Part shown: piece by piece, positions 14,307 to 27,751 of the stretch
Layout of the letters: each line of letters starts with the position of its first letter
Position numbering within the stretch: the stretch's first letter is position 1
NCBI RefSeq assembly: GCF_018350175.1
Contig: NC_058369.1
Coordinates: 20,276,001-20,340,000 of the forward strand
Direction: 5' to 3'
Length of the DNA stretch: 64,000 nucleotides
DNA from: Felis catus
Lineage: Eukaryota
Made by a program: the position numbers and the translations under genes
The notes under the pieces: generated by a model
What the model saw: only the letters and a program-made list of their open reading frames with translations
Told to the model about the DNA's origin: nothing
Databases searched by the model: none

Positions 14307-16429
14307 CTACCAAAAGAAGAGGGGAGGAACAAACAAAGGAATGAGTAAGTCATCCCAGTCAAGCAACTCAGACCTCTGGAAAGGCACCTGGGTTATTACA
14401 AGTACCATTAAAATGCCAGCAAAAATAAACAGAAACAAAGAAAAACTTTTTTGATGAATCAGATTTCATAAGAAACATTCTCTAAAATTAAAAGTGACAA
14501 TATAAAAACTTGAGACACTGCTCTCTAACTTTCCCATCTCCCAGCACATTGCCTACACAGCCATGCCAAACTAAATAAATGTGCAGTAGACCCAGACCAG
14601 CATTACTAAGAGTACACAAGGTCTAAAAAAGAATCATAAAGGAGCCTAAGAGAAAGAAAACCCCTGATTTCCCAGCCAGATTTAGGTAGGAAGCACTTCT
14701 TTTGATGGGTGGCCTGGAGGAGATAAGACTCCAAATCTAATCTCTTTTTCAACTATATACCAAAAGTAGCAGAAATGCATCCTCAAACCTGTAATGATAT
14801 TCCAGGTTGTGGGGGCAGGCACAGGAAGGGAATCCCACTAAGTAATACCAACTCTAAAGATATGATAAGTTTGGCCATCTTAACTTCTCAGCTCCTGGAG
14901 AAAAGAAAGGCCAGGAACCTAGAATCTACTCAATACAGGTAAAAGAATTAATGATTGGTAGAATTATTGGTTTTTAAAACAGATACCATCTATTTTAATT
15001 TTCCTTTAAGATCATTAGAGTGGCAAATTTAGTCAAACTCAAAATACAATTTAGGATAAAGAGAGGATGTGAGCCACTGCTATGAAGTTTCTACCAAGCT
15101 ATAATCAGTATTCCAAGGTAAACCACAAAAAGAAAAGTTACAGAATGGTATCATAAAAACTAGATGAAGACCTCAGATTACCTTTCTCTCTTAATAAATG
15201 ACAAAACTGGCATCCTCACTTTTATTAATAGAAATTATACCTAATAACATAAGAGGTAGGGAGGAAAAAACTGCCTTTAAAATTTTCTCCTGAAAAGTGT
15301 ATCAATCATCATTCTGTCTCTCTCTTCTTCATACCATTTCATCCTTTCCAAGGCCTTTCCAAGGTCACTAAGCATGATCATCCCTCTTTTAATTCTTTTC
15401 ATAACCCCATAAGTTAACTTAGTTTCTTCTCTCACATTCACATTTATACTTATGCTCTGATTGCCTCACTGAAGGTAAGAGTTAAATAGGTGAATAGTCC
15501 TCCAAAGTCACAAGTGAGGATGTCTAGGACAAGAGCAACAGGTAATATCACATAAATAACTAGACACTCAATTTGAAATGCCTAGCTTACTTATATTTGA
15601 GAATAAAAGTCTAGGAAATAGAAATAAACCCTGTACCATTCAGGTATATATACAATGTTCTTATTTTTATAAGTCCCACTCATTCTCATCTCTCTCCACA
15701 CATACAATATCTCTTTTTTCCACAAAGGACTGCTTCTCACTTCACACAGAGAAAGTTTGATTTAAGCTTTCCCACTGGTACTCTTAGAGAAGACATAAAA
15801 TGGCAAAGTCTCAAGTCTCATATAGTTCTGTATCATACCAAATTCTATGCCAAAGCAGACTGGATTGTCATGGTTCTAATTAGCCCAAAATAAAACCAAA
15901 TTAACATGAAATGGCATACTTCAACTGCTGAGATACTAAAGCAGACATCAAGAACTCTATTTATTATTCAAGGTTCCAAGTATCCGTTTCATAACTAAAA
16001 GGAAGGCACTTAATGTATTCAACTACATTTCCTCATAGTAAAACGGTAATTATCCCTTTTATTCCTTCAAAGAATCCAAGTTCATAACTGTTTCAAACTT
16101 GTTTGAAAAATTAAAGCACAGAGAATAATATCTTCTGTGTTAAAAGTCAGAAAGGGAGAACATTTTCCTCTAAGTAATCCTATCAATGGAGTCAATAAGG
16201 TACACCTACATAATTTAGCTCCTTAGTTATCCTCTATTTGATATGTAAATATTACAAAAATTTCAATTTTTCTAGAAATTTATTTTTCCTTACTACCTCA
16301 CCTTGAGCAATATTTTAACAATTAGATGGTCTTAAAACTTAGCATGAAAGATGCTATTTCAATTTTCCTATTAAGCTATCTTCTTTTGTAAGAAAATTAG
16401 AACCAGGCTTAAGAGAACACAGGTCTCAC

Positions 16430-16506
16430 CAGGATGTCGGTCATCAAATGGGTCTGGATCCCCCTTACGATATTCTTCAGTTTCTTTTTCAATCAATTCA
16501 GACATC
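16430..16506 (-). CDS. DCAF1: DCAF1 coding exon 2
   Basis: 77 nt, ctag|G...G|gtgaga, (R)MSELIEKETEEYRKGDPDPFDDRHP(G); phase 2 to 1 matches both neighbours. Confidence 0.97.
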
Positions 16507-18878
16507 CTAGCACAAAGGGAAGACAGGGTCAACTCTAGACAAGCATACAAAAAAAAAAAAAAAAAAAAAAATGTACCACCACCTACTATAGTCAATTCAA
16601 CAAAGTGTAAAATACTAGTAAAAAGTGAGAAAAAAAGATATTTTCCTAATGAACACAGAGATCTAAATAAAACAATGTCCACTCCCAAATTCATTCTTCT
16701 CTCCACTTGCCTGTCTCAAAAAATTGGACTACCATCCCCTCAAGGAGCCAAAAACCTAGGAGTCATCGTTAAAACCTTCCCTTTCTCCTCACTCCCACAA
16801 CAATTCTTTTTGGCACTACCTACACAGGTATCTCCTGACTTCATTTTTTTTTTTTTTTAAGTTTTGTTTATTTTGAGACAGAAAGAGTGCAAAAAGGGGA
16901 GGGGCAGAGAGGATCCCAAATAAGTTCCACACTGTCAGCATGGAGCCTGACACAGAGCTCAAACTCAAGAACCATGAGATCATAACCTGAGCCAAAATCA
17001 AGAGTCAGGCACTTAACCAACTGAGCCACCCAGCGACCCTCAATCATTTCTTTAAATCTTGACCATTCCTATCCCTGCCCAGAACACCATCATCAAATGC
17101 TTGAACCACCTGCGACAGCCTTTTCTCCAAACTTCTTGCTTCAATGTTTGGCAATTCATTCTCCAACTTCCAGCAACTTACCACAATAACCTCAATTAAA
17201 TCCAAGTATGACCATGGCTTATACTAACCCAGCCTCTGTTGGCATCTCTGACTTCTACTCTCCATTCCAGTTGAATAAGCTTCAGTCACATGGTCTTCTC
17301 TCCTCTTCAGAGAGTTCACAATTCTTTCAGGGCCCTAAGTGCTTTTACTTCAGCCTGTGACATTTTCCCCCCACCCCCACTCCTAAGCTCCCACCCATAT
17401 CCCAAGCAATCACTCATCTGCTTTCTATCATCACAGATTAGTTTTGCCTGTACTAGAATTTAATATAAATGGAATTGTTTACACTATTTTTATGACTGGC
17501 TTCTTTAGCTCAGCATATTTTGAGTGATCCACGTTATTTGTTACATGTATCAATAGTCTTTTTTTATTCATGCCTTCTTTTTGAAATAAGAAAAATCACA
17601 TTTTGAATACTCTAAGACTGATATTTTAACCTACTGTAACGACAATCAAATACAAGGTTTTCACACTCTCCAGTATCTGTCATGCTCTGTCCTAACTCAA
17701 ACTCTCCTATATGCTTTATGTCTACAAAACCATACTTCCTAGTCTTAAAAGTTAAGCAACCTGCAAAAACTCTTGCCCTTTCTGGTATATTTTTCCCCAG
17801 TAAGTCTCAAAAGTATTTCTACTTTTTCTACCCTTCCCTTTAAACTCTGAGAATTATCTTTGCCACAAAGGGCTGTGACATAAAATGTTTAGAATTACAT
17901 ACCATAAGATCTACTAGTATCTTCAGTTGAAACTAAGCAATACAGCACAGAAATGAAAAACATGGATTCTGGAGCCAGATGGCTAAGGTTCAAATTATAC
18001 CTCTTCCACTGTGTGTGACTTTGATCAAGTTATTTAACCTTTCTGTGCCTCATCTGTAAGATGAGGGGAATAGTCCCTACCTTAGAGAGTTTCCTTCAGG
18101 TTTAAGGTAATATATGTACTCTGCTTTGAACAAACCTTACATGTGAGAGCTAGTTAAGTGTGGTTACAATGAAAACTGAGAATCGAAAAAAAACAAACAG
18201 AAAAACAATTTAAGGTAGATTTGACTGGGATAGGGCAGGAAGGAGTCTTATGGAGGTAGTACTCAAGTTCTTTAATGTGATATAGATGATAGTTTTGCAA
18301 GTAAAGAATCCATCAAGCAGAGTACTGTACAGTACATGTCTCAATAATATGAAAAAACAAACCGTAGAACTTGGGTAACGCTCACATAGCTTGGCCCAAT
18401 TCCAGTCTCTTTTCACAGAATCAAGTCAAAGATTTGACTACAATAAATAAAAAAACATAAATAGTAAATAAAAAGTCTAAGATAAAAAAACATATTTTTC
18501 TTAGGAAAACTGCCAAAAAAGTAGTGAAAGTTGTGGCAAATAAAAGAAGAGGCAAGCCTGAAATTCATTTGCTGTTCATGGAATATACCAAAACACCCAA
18601 AACATGCAGTCAGTTGAGGTGGGGGTAAAGAAGAGACCACACACGTGAAAGAACTTCAGGAAATATCCAGTGAACTACCACACCCACAATTTGGATGACG
18701 GGAATTGCCCATTTCAAAAATACTGGACTTTTAACACATCCTACTAGCTCTTAAACCTGTCTAACGTTGAATATCCTTAAAGATCTTGCTCCATGTAACT
18801 TTATTTTCCACTCCTACCTTATATTCGCCCTTCACTATGGTAGAGGGCCTTTCCTCACTGCCACAAAAACATGCCCCA

Positions 18879-18978
18879 CACCTTTTGGGATGAGCACTGG
18901 TTGTTGTATGGAAACCAATTTGACAATAAACTTCATATATTGGAAAAATAAATAAATAAATAAAAGTTAAAAAAAAAA
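18879..18978 (+). mobile_element. About 100-bp extreme 3' fragment of felid L1
   Basis: gatgagcactgg..gttgtatggaaaccaatttgacaataaa matches the 3' end of the L1 at about 35622-35680; A-rich tail; TSD atgcccca at 18871-18878 and 18979-18986. Confidence 0.85.
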
Positions 18979-21387
18979 ATGCCCCAGTTCCTTCTCCCCT
19001 CAATGTCTTTTTTAGTCACATTTTTCACTTTTCCTAGAAAACCTTCTTTCTCTGCTTCTCATCAAGCTATACCCACCATCTTTCAATTCCCTATTCCAAA
19101 AAACCTTTACCACAGGAATTAGGAGTTAAAACCCAAAATTCTAAGCTTAGGTCTCCACTGTCTGGCTGTCTTTTGCAAGTAGCTCCAAAGAAGGGTGCCA
19201 TTTAACAATGCAGCTCTCAGTGATACTTTTAGTGACAAATGAGGAAACTGAGGTTCAGGGAAGTATCTGATAGTTGCAACACACAAAAGGTCCTCAAATA
19301 TTTGCTGAGTGAATAAAAGAAACTGACTCATTAACATTCTTTCCATACTCATAACCATTGCAATATTAAGGAACCATACTGCCCAATTTAACACCTCATT
19401 AGATATTAATTTGTACTACTACTCATTGTTTTGTATCTGCTAGTTGCCCCCCAGATGGTGATCTCCTTGAAGACAGAGCCCCTCTAGGCTTTGCACTACT
19501 GAATATCACAGCACAGTGACTAAGTGGAGGGTCAAATATGATCATGAATGTGAAATATTCTTCAAAATAAAACGCTGAGTATCTTTAGTATATGTACTCA
19601 ATAAAATACTTTTTCCAATTAGGTGAAACTACCACTAACATTGTTATCCCTATTTATGACTCTCTTCTTTTAGTTACAGCAATAGTTCATATTTTAACTG
19701 CACAATACTTAGACTCTTTAATTCACTGTGGCTGCATTTCAAGTATCTTGTGATCAGTAGTTCTTAATCTCCAATGCCTCTACAAATTAAAATCCACTTT
19801 CCACCCGTCAGCAATAATCCTGTTCCTAAAAAAAAAATAAACTGCACTTTTCACATGTTCCCCATGTATCAACAGCAACAAAGCATTTATCCCTATTTAA
19901 ACTTTCAAAAGATCATAGTTCTCTTTATTCCTATAGAATACATCATTGCATAAACAAAAGGCTTTTTTCTCTGCTGTATCAAAGATTAGATGTTAAAGAT
20001 CCCCATGTTCCAGTGACCTCCTCTTTATAAAAACCATGGGCATCCCTCTCCAGCCTTTATTTTTCATTCTCCTGTTTAATACAATCATTTAGTAAAATTA
20101 TGTCCCACATAGTTACTATGTACCAGGCATGCACATGTCATTGTCCAAGAAGACACCAATAAAAAAGGTGTAGTACCTGTCTTTAAAAAACTTACAATTT
20201 AGTAAAGTGACACATGAAAAAAAAAAAAAAGAATTATAGTACAATGTGATTAGAGTTAAAATGAGGGGAATTATACCACATTTTGTGTGTGTGTGTATAT
20301 GTGCATATACACACATACATATACATATATATGAATGACAGAAGTATTAAAAAAGAAAAAAAGGAGTGCCCAAACTTACCTGGGAATGTCAAAGTCAGAG
20401 AAGGTTTTACAGACATGATTCTCAAAACTGATTGTCAGGCAGACAGCATACCAAAGAAAGGCATTTCAGGCCAAAGGAACACAGACATTAGAAAATACCG
20501 TACTATTCCTTACTGAAAGAGACTAATACTATGAGGCAGAAAAGGGAAGCGGGGGCCAAATCATAAATGGCTTCCTAGACTACTCTGCAAAGTTTATATT
20601 TTATTCTGTAGGAAAAATGGAGTCAGAGAAGAATTACAATCAAAGACATAAAAATCAGATTTGTGTTTAGAAAGAGGACTCTTTCAGCCAATAGAAGGAT
20701 GTATTGGAGGAGGGTAAACTGGATATGGAGAGAAAATTCACACTGCCTAAGAGGCCAATCAAGACATGATCAGTATCTAACAAATAAAGTGGTAAGGGGG
20801 AATAGGGAAGAAGAAAAAGCAGAAATCCTGCTTGGGGGCTAAATTGTACTAGAGAGGAATACACTGGGGAGATGGTTTTCAGGTTTTTAGTTTGAAACTA
20901 TGTACACCAAGCAGGGAGTACAAAGGGAGTGAAAGGAGGAGGAGGCAGGATGAATATGATAAGCTCTATTGTAGACATGGTATGTTTCAGGTGTCTGCAA
21001 ATAGCCAGGTAAAGATGGGTATACCAAGCAGCTGAGAAAAGGGTCTGAAATTTTTAAAAAGAGGAGTCTGAAGCAGAAATAGAAATTTTAAACTGAACCT
21101 AGGAATAATGTTTTAAATCATGGACAGGAACAAAACTAGGTAGAATATTCAGGGTGAAGAGAAAAGAGAACCACTAACAAAACCCTAGGATTGAAACACA
21201 GACAAGAGAAGAACCTAAAGAAAGAGATTAAGAACAGCCTCAAAGGAAAAGTAAGACATGTAAGAGCTTCAAGAAGTAGTGAGATAAAGATGGATTTAGA
21301 ATTCACATTCAAGATAAAAATGTTCCCCTATTCTCCAATTTTTCCCTTTTTTTAAATGAATTTTTAAAAATATATAATTGTTTATAC

Positions 21388-21497
21388 CTGGTAAGGATAG
21401 GTACCATGTCCTGCCCACTGCCATGTTCCTTTTCCCACTGCTCCAGCAGGGTAGTGAGCTCAGCTTTGGAGTCCACATGCACCGCTACTGTAGTCAT
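21388..21497 (-). CDS. DCAF1: DCAF1 (VprBP, CRL4 substrate receptor) first coding exon; the whole exon is 21388-21505 including 8 nt of 5'UTR
   Basis: Translates MTTVAVHVDSKAELTTLLEQWEKEHGSGQDMVPILT(R), recognised as the DCAF1 N-terminus. Acceptor cttag|GCCAAGCCATG, donor AG|gtataa; 110 coding nt, ends in phase 2. Confidence 0.97.
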
Positions 21498-21968
21498 GGC
21501 TTGGCCTAAGGAGTCAAAAATATAAGTAAATAACACATGAACACAGGCAAATAAACTGGACATACTTCCTACAGTGATAAAGGGGGAGAAAAGGGATGAG
21601 CAAGCAACAAAAACTTAACTCTGAGACCCCCCTCAGATAATTTCATTTGTGGTACAGTAGGAAACCCAGCACTGGGAGCCGGAATACTCTTCAAGTCCTC
21701 TCACCCCCTCCCAACTTCGGTTTGCTTAACTGTCAAATGAGACAAACTGGATGAAAACTGTGATTCTTACCTTTCTAGGATCAGGAACCCCTTTTGAGAA
21801 TCAGACAAAAAGCTGGGATCCCTTTCTCTCCTCAAAAATGCATATGTCTACATACCACACATAGAAAAATCCCTTGACTTAGATCTCTGAGGACCAAAAT
21901 TCTGAAGCTACGTATTTTGAGAGAGAATGAGAGATAGAGCACGTGTGCACAAGCAGAGGAAGATCTCT

Positions 21969-21976
21969 CACACACA

Positions 21977-22042
<66 letters not shown>
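21969..22042. repeat. Compound (CA)n(GA)n microsatellite in a SINE
   Basis: Directly visible. Confidence 0.95.
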
Positions 22043-22046
<4 letters not shown>

Positions 22047-24082
22047 CCCAAGCAAACTCCATACTATCAGAACAGAGCCCAATGCAGGGCTCAATCTCAT
22101 GAACCATGAGATCATGACCTGAGCTGAAATCAAGAGTCAGACGCTTAACCGACTAAGCCACCCACCCAGGGTCCCTGAAGCTTTTTTTTTTTTTTTAATA
22201 GAAAATGTAGCAAAAACCACTCCCCAAAATATTTTGCTCTCGTAAATCTTTGGGGGAAAGTTCTATGAAAGATAAACAATATATTCGTGTCAATTCTTAA
22301 CAAAAGGACAAGAACTAAAGTGGATCATTACCAACATGAAAGTTGAGGAGCATTATAAACCCATTTATCCTCCAGGCTTCCTAACCTCTCTCACAGCTGA
22401 TTTCCTAGGAAGAGCATGAGAGGATGGAAAGAAGCAGAGAAGTTGCTAGGTTGAGTGGTCAGTCCATGGATACAGAGGGACAGGGAGCTGAGACAAGCTT
22501 TGAAGGAGATGCCATGAGACATCCACATGAGGAAGAGAAGTTTATTTATAAGGGGCTCCAAAAGGGATAAATGAGACTCAAAGGTTTAGATGGCTTACAG
22601 ACCAACTTCTTTGCCAAAGTAGTCTTAAGATCAAAATGTCAGACTTTCCCTGCAAAATTTGTTTTCACAGAAATAGCAACCACTCCATAAAAACACTTTA
22701 ACACTGGGGTGCCTGGGTGGCTCAGTCGGTTAAGCGGCCGACTTCGGCTCCGGTCATGATCTCACGGTCAGTGAGTTCAAGCCCCGTGTCGGGCTCTGTG
22801 CTGACAGCTCGGAGCCTGGAGCCTGTTTCAGATTCTGTGTCTCCCTCTCTCTGACCCTCCCCTGTTCATGCTCTCTCTGTCTCAAAAATAAATAAACGTT
22901 AAAAAAAAATTAAAAAAAAAAAAACCACTTTAACACTAGAAAGGGATTACTATCTGATCTAGAATTATTAACTCTTCTAAAGATATCTACCATAAGACCA
23001 AAGGAAATACATGTGAAAAATACCACCAAATGTCTAGAATGTAAATATTTGTGGAGCACCTGGCTTGCTCAATCAGAGGAGTATGCGCATCTTGATTTCA
23101 GGGTCATGAGTTCAAGCCCCACGTTGGGTGCAGAGATTACTTAAATAAATTTAAAAAAAAACTTTAAAAAATAAAATAAAATGTAAATATTCGTGTTTTA
23201 ATAAAGTAGAGGCACTTCTAACAGTACATTGTGACTCATGTCACCAAAGGAGACTATTTCCAAATAAAAATTTTTTAAAGTCTTCTTTTCTGGAGAGAAG
23301 AATCCACATTTTTATTGTTTTAACTTTTTTATTTTTTCTTGAGAGAGAGCGTGAACAGATGAGGGGCAGAGGAAGGGAGAGAGAGAATCCCAAGCAGGCT
23401 CCAGGCTGTGAGCACAGAGCCCAAAACGGGACTTGATCTCACAAACCATGAGATCATGACCCGAGTTCAAGTCAGAAGCTTAACTGCCTGAGCCACCCAG
23501 GAACCCCCAAGAATCCACATTTTTAGCCTCTCTAGCCAGAGTCACAAAAAAGGAAATACTGCAGGTGTGACTAATACAGACCTCTGATTTTAACTGGAGA
23601 AAACCCAGGTTGTATTTTTCAGTCACCATGGACTATGCATTTTTTAAAATAACTGTATTTGGAATGATTTTAGATTCATAAAAAAATTGCAAAGGTAGTA
23701 GAGAGAATTCAAATATACCCCTCATCCAGTTCAGTTTCCCCTAATGCACCATAATAGTTTATAGCAGCACAATATCAAAATTAAGAAACCCAACATTGAG
23801 GGGCATGTGAGTGGTTCAACTGGTTAAGCATCAGGGACTCTCAGTTCTATGCATTGGCATATATATCTTAATGCCAGCAGCACAGTGTTTTAATCACTGT
23901 AGCTTTGTAGTAAGTTTTGAAATAAGTGTGAGGGGCACCTGGTGGTTCAGCTGGTTGAGCATCTGACTCTTGATTTCAGCTCAGGTCATGATCCCAGGTT
24001 GTGGTATCAAGCCCCACTTTGGGCTCCACACTAAGCATGGCGACTGCTTAAGATTCTCTCTCTTCCTCTCCCTGGTTCATGC

Positions 24083-24143
24083 TGGAAGGAAGGAAGGAAG
24101 GAAGGAAGGAAGGAAGGAAGGAAGGAAGGAAGGAAGGAAGGAA

Positions 24144-24210
<67 letters not shown>
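24083..24210. repeat. (GGAA)n(GAAA)n tetranucleotide array (SINE tail)
   Basis: Directly visible. Confidence 0.95.
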
Positions 24211-24211
<1 letters not shown>

Positions 24212-26228
24212 CCCAACATTGATACTTTATCATTAAATAAACTCAACTTAATTCAGATTTCACCAGGTTTTCCATCCATGTCCTTTTTCTGTTCCAAGAT
24301 CTCATCCAGGATACCATGTGGCACTTAAGTTGTCATGTCTCCCTAGTGTACTCTGGTCTACAAGAGTTTTTGAGTTGTTTCTTGTTTTTTCAGGACCTTC
24401 ACAATCTTGAGGAATACTAGCACTAGGAGTTGGGGGGGGGGCACAATAATTTAAGCCAATTTTTTTAGACAGTAAAATTTTATGATGAAGATCTAGAAAC
24501 TGGGCAAAGCAGTAACAGCAAAATTAATCTCTTAAGACACATCCCAAAAGTGTTAAGAAAAAGGTGGCTTTCCTGGTGAACTCTAATAAACATTCAAAGA
24601 AAATTAACATCAATCCTCAAATCCTTTCACAACATAGAAGAGAAAGGACACTTGCTAATCTATTCCATGAAGCCAGCATTACCCTCATGCCAAAACCATA
24701 TAAAGCCATCACAAGAAAACTACAAATATCTTTCATCAATACAGATGCAAAAACCCTCAACAAAATACTAGCAAGCTGAACACAGCAACACATTAACAGA
24801 ATTATAGATCACGACTACGTGGGATTTATCCTAGGAATGCAAAAGTGGTTCAACATACAAAAATCAATGTAATATATTAATAGGATGAAGAAAAAGAACG
24901 CATGCTTATCTGATTAACAGAGAAAAAACATCTGATAAAATCCATTACCCTTTTGTGAAAAAAGAAAAAGTAAACAAACTCAAACTGGGAACAGAAAAGA
25001 ACTTCCTCAACATGGTAAAGGGTATTTAAAAAACCCACAGAAGGGCACCTGGGTGGCTCAGTCAGTTAAGCATTTGACTCTTGATTTCAGTTCAGGTCAT
25101 GATCTCATGGTTCGTGAGTTTGAACTCCATGTCTGGCTCTGCGTGGACAGGGATTCTTGAGATTCTCACTGTCTCTCCCTCTCTTTCTCTGCCCCTCCCC
25201 CACTCACACCCTCCCTCAAAATAAATAAACTTAAAAAAAAAAAACCCACAGGTAACATTACACTCAACGGTGAGAATGAAAGCTTTCTCCCTAAAAATCA
25301 CAAAAAAAGACAAGGATGCCTGCTTTCACACTTATATTAAACACTGTACTGGAGTTCTAGCCAGAGCAGTTAAACAAGAAAAAGAAAGAAAAAGCATCCA
25401 AGTTGGAAAAGAAGTAAAACTATCCTTACTCACAGGTAACATAATCTATATATAGAAAATCCTAGAGAATTCACAAAAAAAAAAAACGCTAATTAACAAA
25501 TTTTAGGAAAGTTACAGAGTACAAGATCAACACAAAGAATCAGTTGTACTGCTACATGCCAGCAACAAACAATCCAAATATGAAATTTAGAAAATAATTT
25601 TGGGGCGCCTAGGTTGACTCAGCTGAGCATCTGACACTTCATTTCAGTCATTTCAGTCAGGTCATGATCCCAGAGTCGTGGAATCAAGCCAAATTCCCTC
25701 TTGGGGCACCTGGGTGGCTCAGTGAGTTAAGCATCTGATTTCAGCTCAGGTCATGATCTTGTGACTCATGAGTTAGAGCCCCACATCGGGCTCTCTGCTG
25801 TTAGCATGGAGCCCGCTTTGGGATCCTCTGTCCCACTCTCTCTGCCCTCCCCCACTTGCTTTCTTTCTCTCAAAAATGAATAAACATTTTTTAAGTTTCA
25901 TTTATAATAGTACCAAAAATAACAAAATATTAAGGAGTAAGTTTAACTCCAAAAAGCACAAGATTTATACACTGAAAACTACAACATATTGCTGGAATAA
26001 ATTAGAGAAGACTTAAATACATGAAAAGACACCTTATGTTCATGTTATTAGAAGATTTAATACTGTTAAGAAAGCAATACTCTCCGAAATGGTCAATAGT
26101 CAGTGCAATCCATATCAAAATCTTAATGACATTTTTTTTGCAAAAATGGAAACACTGATAACTAAAACTATCTTTAAAAGAACAAAATTGGAGGATTCAC
26201 ACTTCAGATTTCATTTACTTATTGTAAT

Positions 26229-26280
<52 letters not shown>

Positions 26281-26982
26281 CCTAAGCAGGCTCCATGCTC
26301 AGCACAGAGCCCAATGAAGGGCTCGATCCCACAACCCTGGGATCATGACCTGAGCCGAAATCAAGAATCAGATGCTGAACCAACTGAGCCACCCAGACAC
26401 CCCCCACACTTATTTCAAAACTTACTACAAAGCTACAGTGATCAAAATAGTGTGGTACTGGCATTAAGATAGACATATACACCAATGCAACAGAACCAAG
26501 AGTCCAGAAATAAAAATTCACATTTATAATCAACTAATTTTCAACAAGTATGCCAGACCATTCAATAGGGAAAGAATTTATTGAAAGACCAATAGATCAT
26601 TATTAGAAAGACTAATGGTGCTGAAACAACTGGATATCCACATACAAAAGAATGAGGCTGAGGCCTTGACTCATACCACATACAATAATTAACTCAAAAT
26701 GGATCAAAGACCTAAATGTGGAAACTTAAACTATAAAACTCTTAGAGATACACATAAGGGTAAACCTTCATGGCCCTGAAATTGGCAAAGGATTTTTATT
26801 TATGACACCAAAAGCATAAGCAACAAAAGAACAAACACATAAACTGGACTTCAATGTTTAAAACTTTTGTACATCAAGTGACGTTATCAAGAAAAATGAA
26901 AACACAATCCATGAAATGGGAGAAAATATTTGCAAATCATATCTGATAAGGATCTAGTATCCAGGATATATAAAAAACAATT

Positions 26983-26983
26983 C

Positions 26984-27030
<47 letters not shown>
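26983..27030. repeat. (CAA)n
   Basis: Directly visible. Confidence 0.95.
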
Positions 27031-27521
27031 AAACCTGACTTAAAAAAGGGCAGAGAACCTGAATGGGCACTTCTCCAAAAGATGCTCTATATCATAAGAT
27101 GATCTATATTCATCAAAGAAATGAACATCAAAACCACAATAAGATACCACTTACATCAACTAAAATGACTAGAATCAAAAAATCAGGACATAATGATCAT
27201 AAGGGTGCCTGGGTGGTTCAGTCAGGTAAGTGTCCAATTCTTGATTTCGACTCAGGTCATTATTCTCCCAGTTCGTGGGATCGAGCCCCGCATTAGGCTC
27301 TGTGCTGTCAGCTGCTTGAGATTCTCTCTCTCTCTACCCCTCCCGCTCACACACAGATGCTCTCTATCAAAATAAACATTAAAAAGAAGAAGAAAATAAT
27401 GATCATTGGCATGGATGTGGAGAAAATGGAAAGCACACTGTTGGTGGTAACATAAAATGGCGTAACAACTATGGAAAAGTTTGGTGCCTCCTCAAAAACT
27501 TTTTATAAAGTTCAACATAGA

Positions 27522-27751
27522 GGGGCGCCTGGGTGGCGCAGTCGGTTAAGCGTCCAACTTCAGCCAGGTCACGATCTCGCGGTCCGTGAGTTCGAGCCCC
27601 GCGTCAGGCTCTGGGCTGATGGCTCAGAGCCTGGAGCCTGTTTCCGATTCTGTGTCTCCCTCTCTCTCTGCCCCTCCCCCGTTCATGCTCTGTCTCTCTC
27701 TGTCCCAAAAATAGATAAACATTGAAAAAAAAAAAAATTAAAAAAAAAAAA
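27522..27751 (+). mobile_element. Young felid Can-SINE inside the old L1
   Basis: TSD aaagttcaacataga at 27507-27521 and 27752-27766. Confidence 0.95.
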
